A stretch of 64,000 bases of DNA from a virus (Duplodnaviria; Caudoviricetes). The DNA is taken from positions 70,902 to 134,901 of IMG/VR virus record IMGVR_UViG_3300031998_000017, one strand, 5' to 3'. The position numbers and the translations under genes are program-made. The notes beneath the pieces were generated by a model. It was given only the letters and a program-made list of their open reading frames with translations. It was not told the DNA's origin and made no database searches. Shown one piece after another: positions 61,582 to 64,000 of the stretch (positions within the stretch are counted from its first letter, which is position 1; each line of letters begins with the position of its first letter).

Positions 61582-62112
61582 TTGATAATTTAAAAAAATT
61601 ATTATATAATATATATGTAAATAAAAAAAAGAAAGTTAAAAAGATTGCCGGTCATAAGAACCCTGTCAAAGAACGCTTATAAACGACGGGGTTGTGCGAA
61701 CCGTGGCGAGATTGGATATTCGCAATCCAATTGATTTAGAAAGTTTAACAGCGCCTGCTGGGGGCGAGAGGATAGCAATGGTGGTAATACTCAGTAATGG
61801 ACTAAACGGCAGTGTTCTTTTATTAGACTTTCCTATTAGAATACAACATATGGTTGTATCTTAATAGGTGAGCCTAATAGTAAACTTATCGTGTTATGCG
61901 GCGGGTGGTGTATGCCTCCGTATGAGTCTACTAATCGCGATGGCGAGGCTGTATAAAGAAGTATGCGTGATATAGGAACAACTCACCAACAGACAGAATA
62001 AGGGGCGCGGGACTTGAATTATAGTTTAGTTTTAAAATACCTATTCACAGGGAGTCCTCGGTGGAAGTCCGAGTAATCGAGTTTCCGCAAACCATATCTA
62101 AAAGGAGGATAT

Positions 62113-62268
62113 ATGTTTAGTCCAGCAGCTATTTTTCTTTTATTAGACCAACAAAGGCGTCTTCAAGAAGAAGAAGAAAAGAAAAAAAGGGAAGAAAGAA
62201 AAGAAGAAGAAAAACAACAAAAGAAAGACCAAGAAGTATTATATCAAGACGAAGAAAAATCTCTCTAG
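62113..62268 (+). CDS. Small E/K-rich protein (51 aa)
   Basis: AAGGAGG RBS, ATG to TAG. Confidence 0.55.
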   Translation: MFSPAAIFLLLDQQRRLQEEEEKKKREERKEEEKQQKKDQEVLYQDEEKSL

Positions 62269-62341
62269 TTTTATTGATTTGCTATTGATTTTTTATAAAA
62301 ATTATTATATAATATAATTGTAAAAGAAAAGGAGAATTAAA

Positions 62342-62641
62342 ATGTTAAATCAATGCATCTTGGTTGGTAGATTAAAACAATGAAAAGATGATAGCACTTT
62401 AGTTCTAACAATTCCTAGAAGTTATAAGAACAAGGAAACAGGTGAATATGATAACGACTATGTCGAAGTTGTTCTTGATGGGATTGTTCAAGAAAATACT
62501 AAAGAATATTGCAACAAAGGCGCTGTCATTGGAGTGAAAGGTAGAATTGAGTCTACTGATAATGGAATTATTATTCGTGGAGAAAAGGTAACTTTTTTAA
62601 GCTCAAGCAAAAAAGAAGATACTGAAGATGAAGAAGAATAA
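62342..62641 (+). CDS. ssb: Bacterial-type single-stranded DNA-binding protein (99 aa, TGA at codon 14)
   Basis: MLNQCILVGRL...PRSYKN...EYCNKGAVIGVKGRI...EKVTFL, acidic tail. Confidence 0.85.
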
Positions 62642-63585
62642 TTGATAATTTCAAAAATTTATTATATAATATATATATAAATAAAAAAAGAAATTAAAAA
62701 AGAACCAGTGATGCGAACACTGCTTATAACTTAATGAAATGCGAGATAGTAAGCACGGCATAGCCGGTGGCGAGAAGCTCTGACGGGAGCCAATAGCATT
62801 AAGTCATCGTGAATACAAAAAACACTTGTTATAACTGGAGTTAGAAACCCACTGAGTGAACAGGGTAATGCTTAATCAGACTCTCCATTATCAAAAGTCG
62901 GCAATAAGTCCACTTGTTATAGAGTTTCGGATAGCTGGGCTACTAGCAAGTCCCCTTCTCTTCAAAAAGCGATAGACTTAAAAAGCAAACTATTTAATCC
63001 TTTTGGTTATAAGGACCACCAAGGAAACCTCGCCGTGATAGGTGTAAAGGGCGGGCAGCGCACCGTAGAGATGAGTTTGGGTGTGCAAGGAAAACTAAAT
63101 TGATTTTTTAAAAAATTTATTATATAATATATATATAAGAAAGGAAAAGAAATTGAGAAAATACGGAGATAGCTGTGGAAGCCAGCAGTAAAAGAAAGTA
63201 GCGCTATCAGAGAGGTTGAAAGTCCTAGAGAGTAAACAATATGAGGTGGCGGTGTTAGTAATAACATTCGTAACGTAATTACCGTATGGTAAGCCTGTAT
63301 ATTGGTATAGTTGCCCACATATGTCTGGATAAAACCGTTGAGAACCAGAGGCTATACTCTTTCTTATGTATATATGATATAATAAATAATACAGTGCGGC
63401 TGTGTAAATCAGGGTAAACATTAAAATCGTATTAAGGTTGAAAAGTCCTTTATATCAAAAATTAGGCTACAATCTCGCATATAAGCTACTTAGTAGCATT
63501 GCGGGGTAGCATATAATTATGATTTAATCAGGGTGCTTCGGCAGAATGAGGATAAAAAGATTGTCCTGAGCCTCAAAAATCATAC

Positions 63586-63745
63586 TTGATAATTTTAAAA
63601 AATTATTATATAATATATATGTAAATAAGAAAAGAAATAAAAAAGTTTTGGCTGGTAGACCTTGAGTCGAAGCCATAAGAGAAAAATCCAAAACTTGAAA
63701 ATAACTTGAAAAAATTAAAAAATTATTATATAATATATATGTAAA
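63586..63745 (+). promoter_or_regulatory. Tandem copies of the recurring phage promoter motif
   Basis: TTGA-N..-AAAAATTATTATATAATATATATGTAAA, repeated at many sites across the window. Confidence 0.7.
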
Positions 63746-63936
63746 GAAAAGAAAAAAAGAATAAAAAGTTTAAATAAAAATGGTTGTTAGGATGAACGGT
63801 TGTAGTTTACCAAATAATTCTCCATTCAAAAGGAATTGTGAATAAAAACTACTCCTTATTACAGGTATAACGCAAAAGGGTGCGTTTATATAAAATCCAT
63901 ATTAAATATGAAAGAAAGGGTAAGAGGTGATTTAAA

Positions 63937-64000
63937 ATGGAAAGAACAAAAGACACAATGACTAAGAAAGAGAGATTCGAAATGCTAAAGAAAGTAGCTA
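63937..64000 (+). CDS. Partial hypothetical protein (runs off the window)
   Basis: GAGGTG RBS, MERTKDTMTKKERFEMLKKVA. Confidence 0.55.
   Translation, partial: MERTKDTMTKKERFEMLKKVA

Noticed and set aside
63007-63421. Minus-strand ORFs 63007..63318 and 63095..63421
   Set aside because: They cross a plus-strand promoter, lack an RBS and have atypical composition.

Overview
AT-rich (roughly 28-30% GC by eye) segment of a large gut-type Firmicutes/Bacilli phage genome in which TGA is read as Trp in a subset of genes, so many 'split' ORFs in the supplied track are single genes. Layout: (1) 66-3778, two TGA-rich, probably virion-associated genes on +; (2) 3910-39418, a long minus-strand DNA metabolism block (RuvC-like resolvase, glycosyltransferases, dut, def, nrdG/nrdD, gmk, dnaE, Dda/RecD-like helicase, RecJ-like, primase, dnaB, Sak4-like ATPase, SSB, ClpP-like, ligA, gyrA/gyrB, RNase H, CodY-like HTH); (3) 39543-64000, a plus-strand region with many sigma70-type promoters, 28 tRNA genes covering all 20 amino acids, a tmRNA, a group I intron with an HNH ORF in tRNA-Leu(UAA), a Ro60/TROVE-related vWA protein and many unexplained structured non-coding stretches. 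The most striking observations: a tRNA-Trp carrying two anticodon arms (UCA and CCA); a family of about 8 stem-closed non-coding elements sharing a CAGCAA motif, one directly upstream of the Ro60-like gene and one enclosing a circularly permuted amber-anticodon tRNA (candidate Y-RNA-like RNP system); a likely -1 programmed frameshift; and ORFs enclosed by complementary 5'/3' UTRs. All calls are from manual reading and motif recall; no searches were run.
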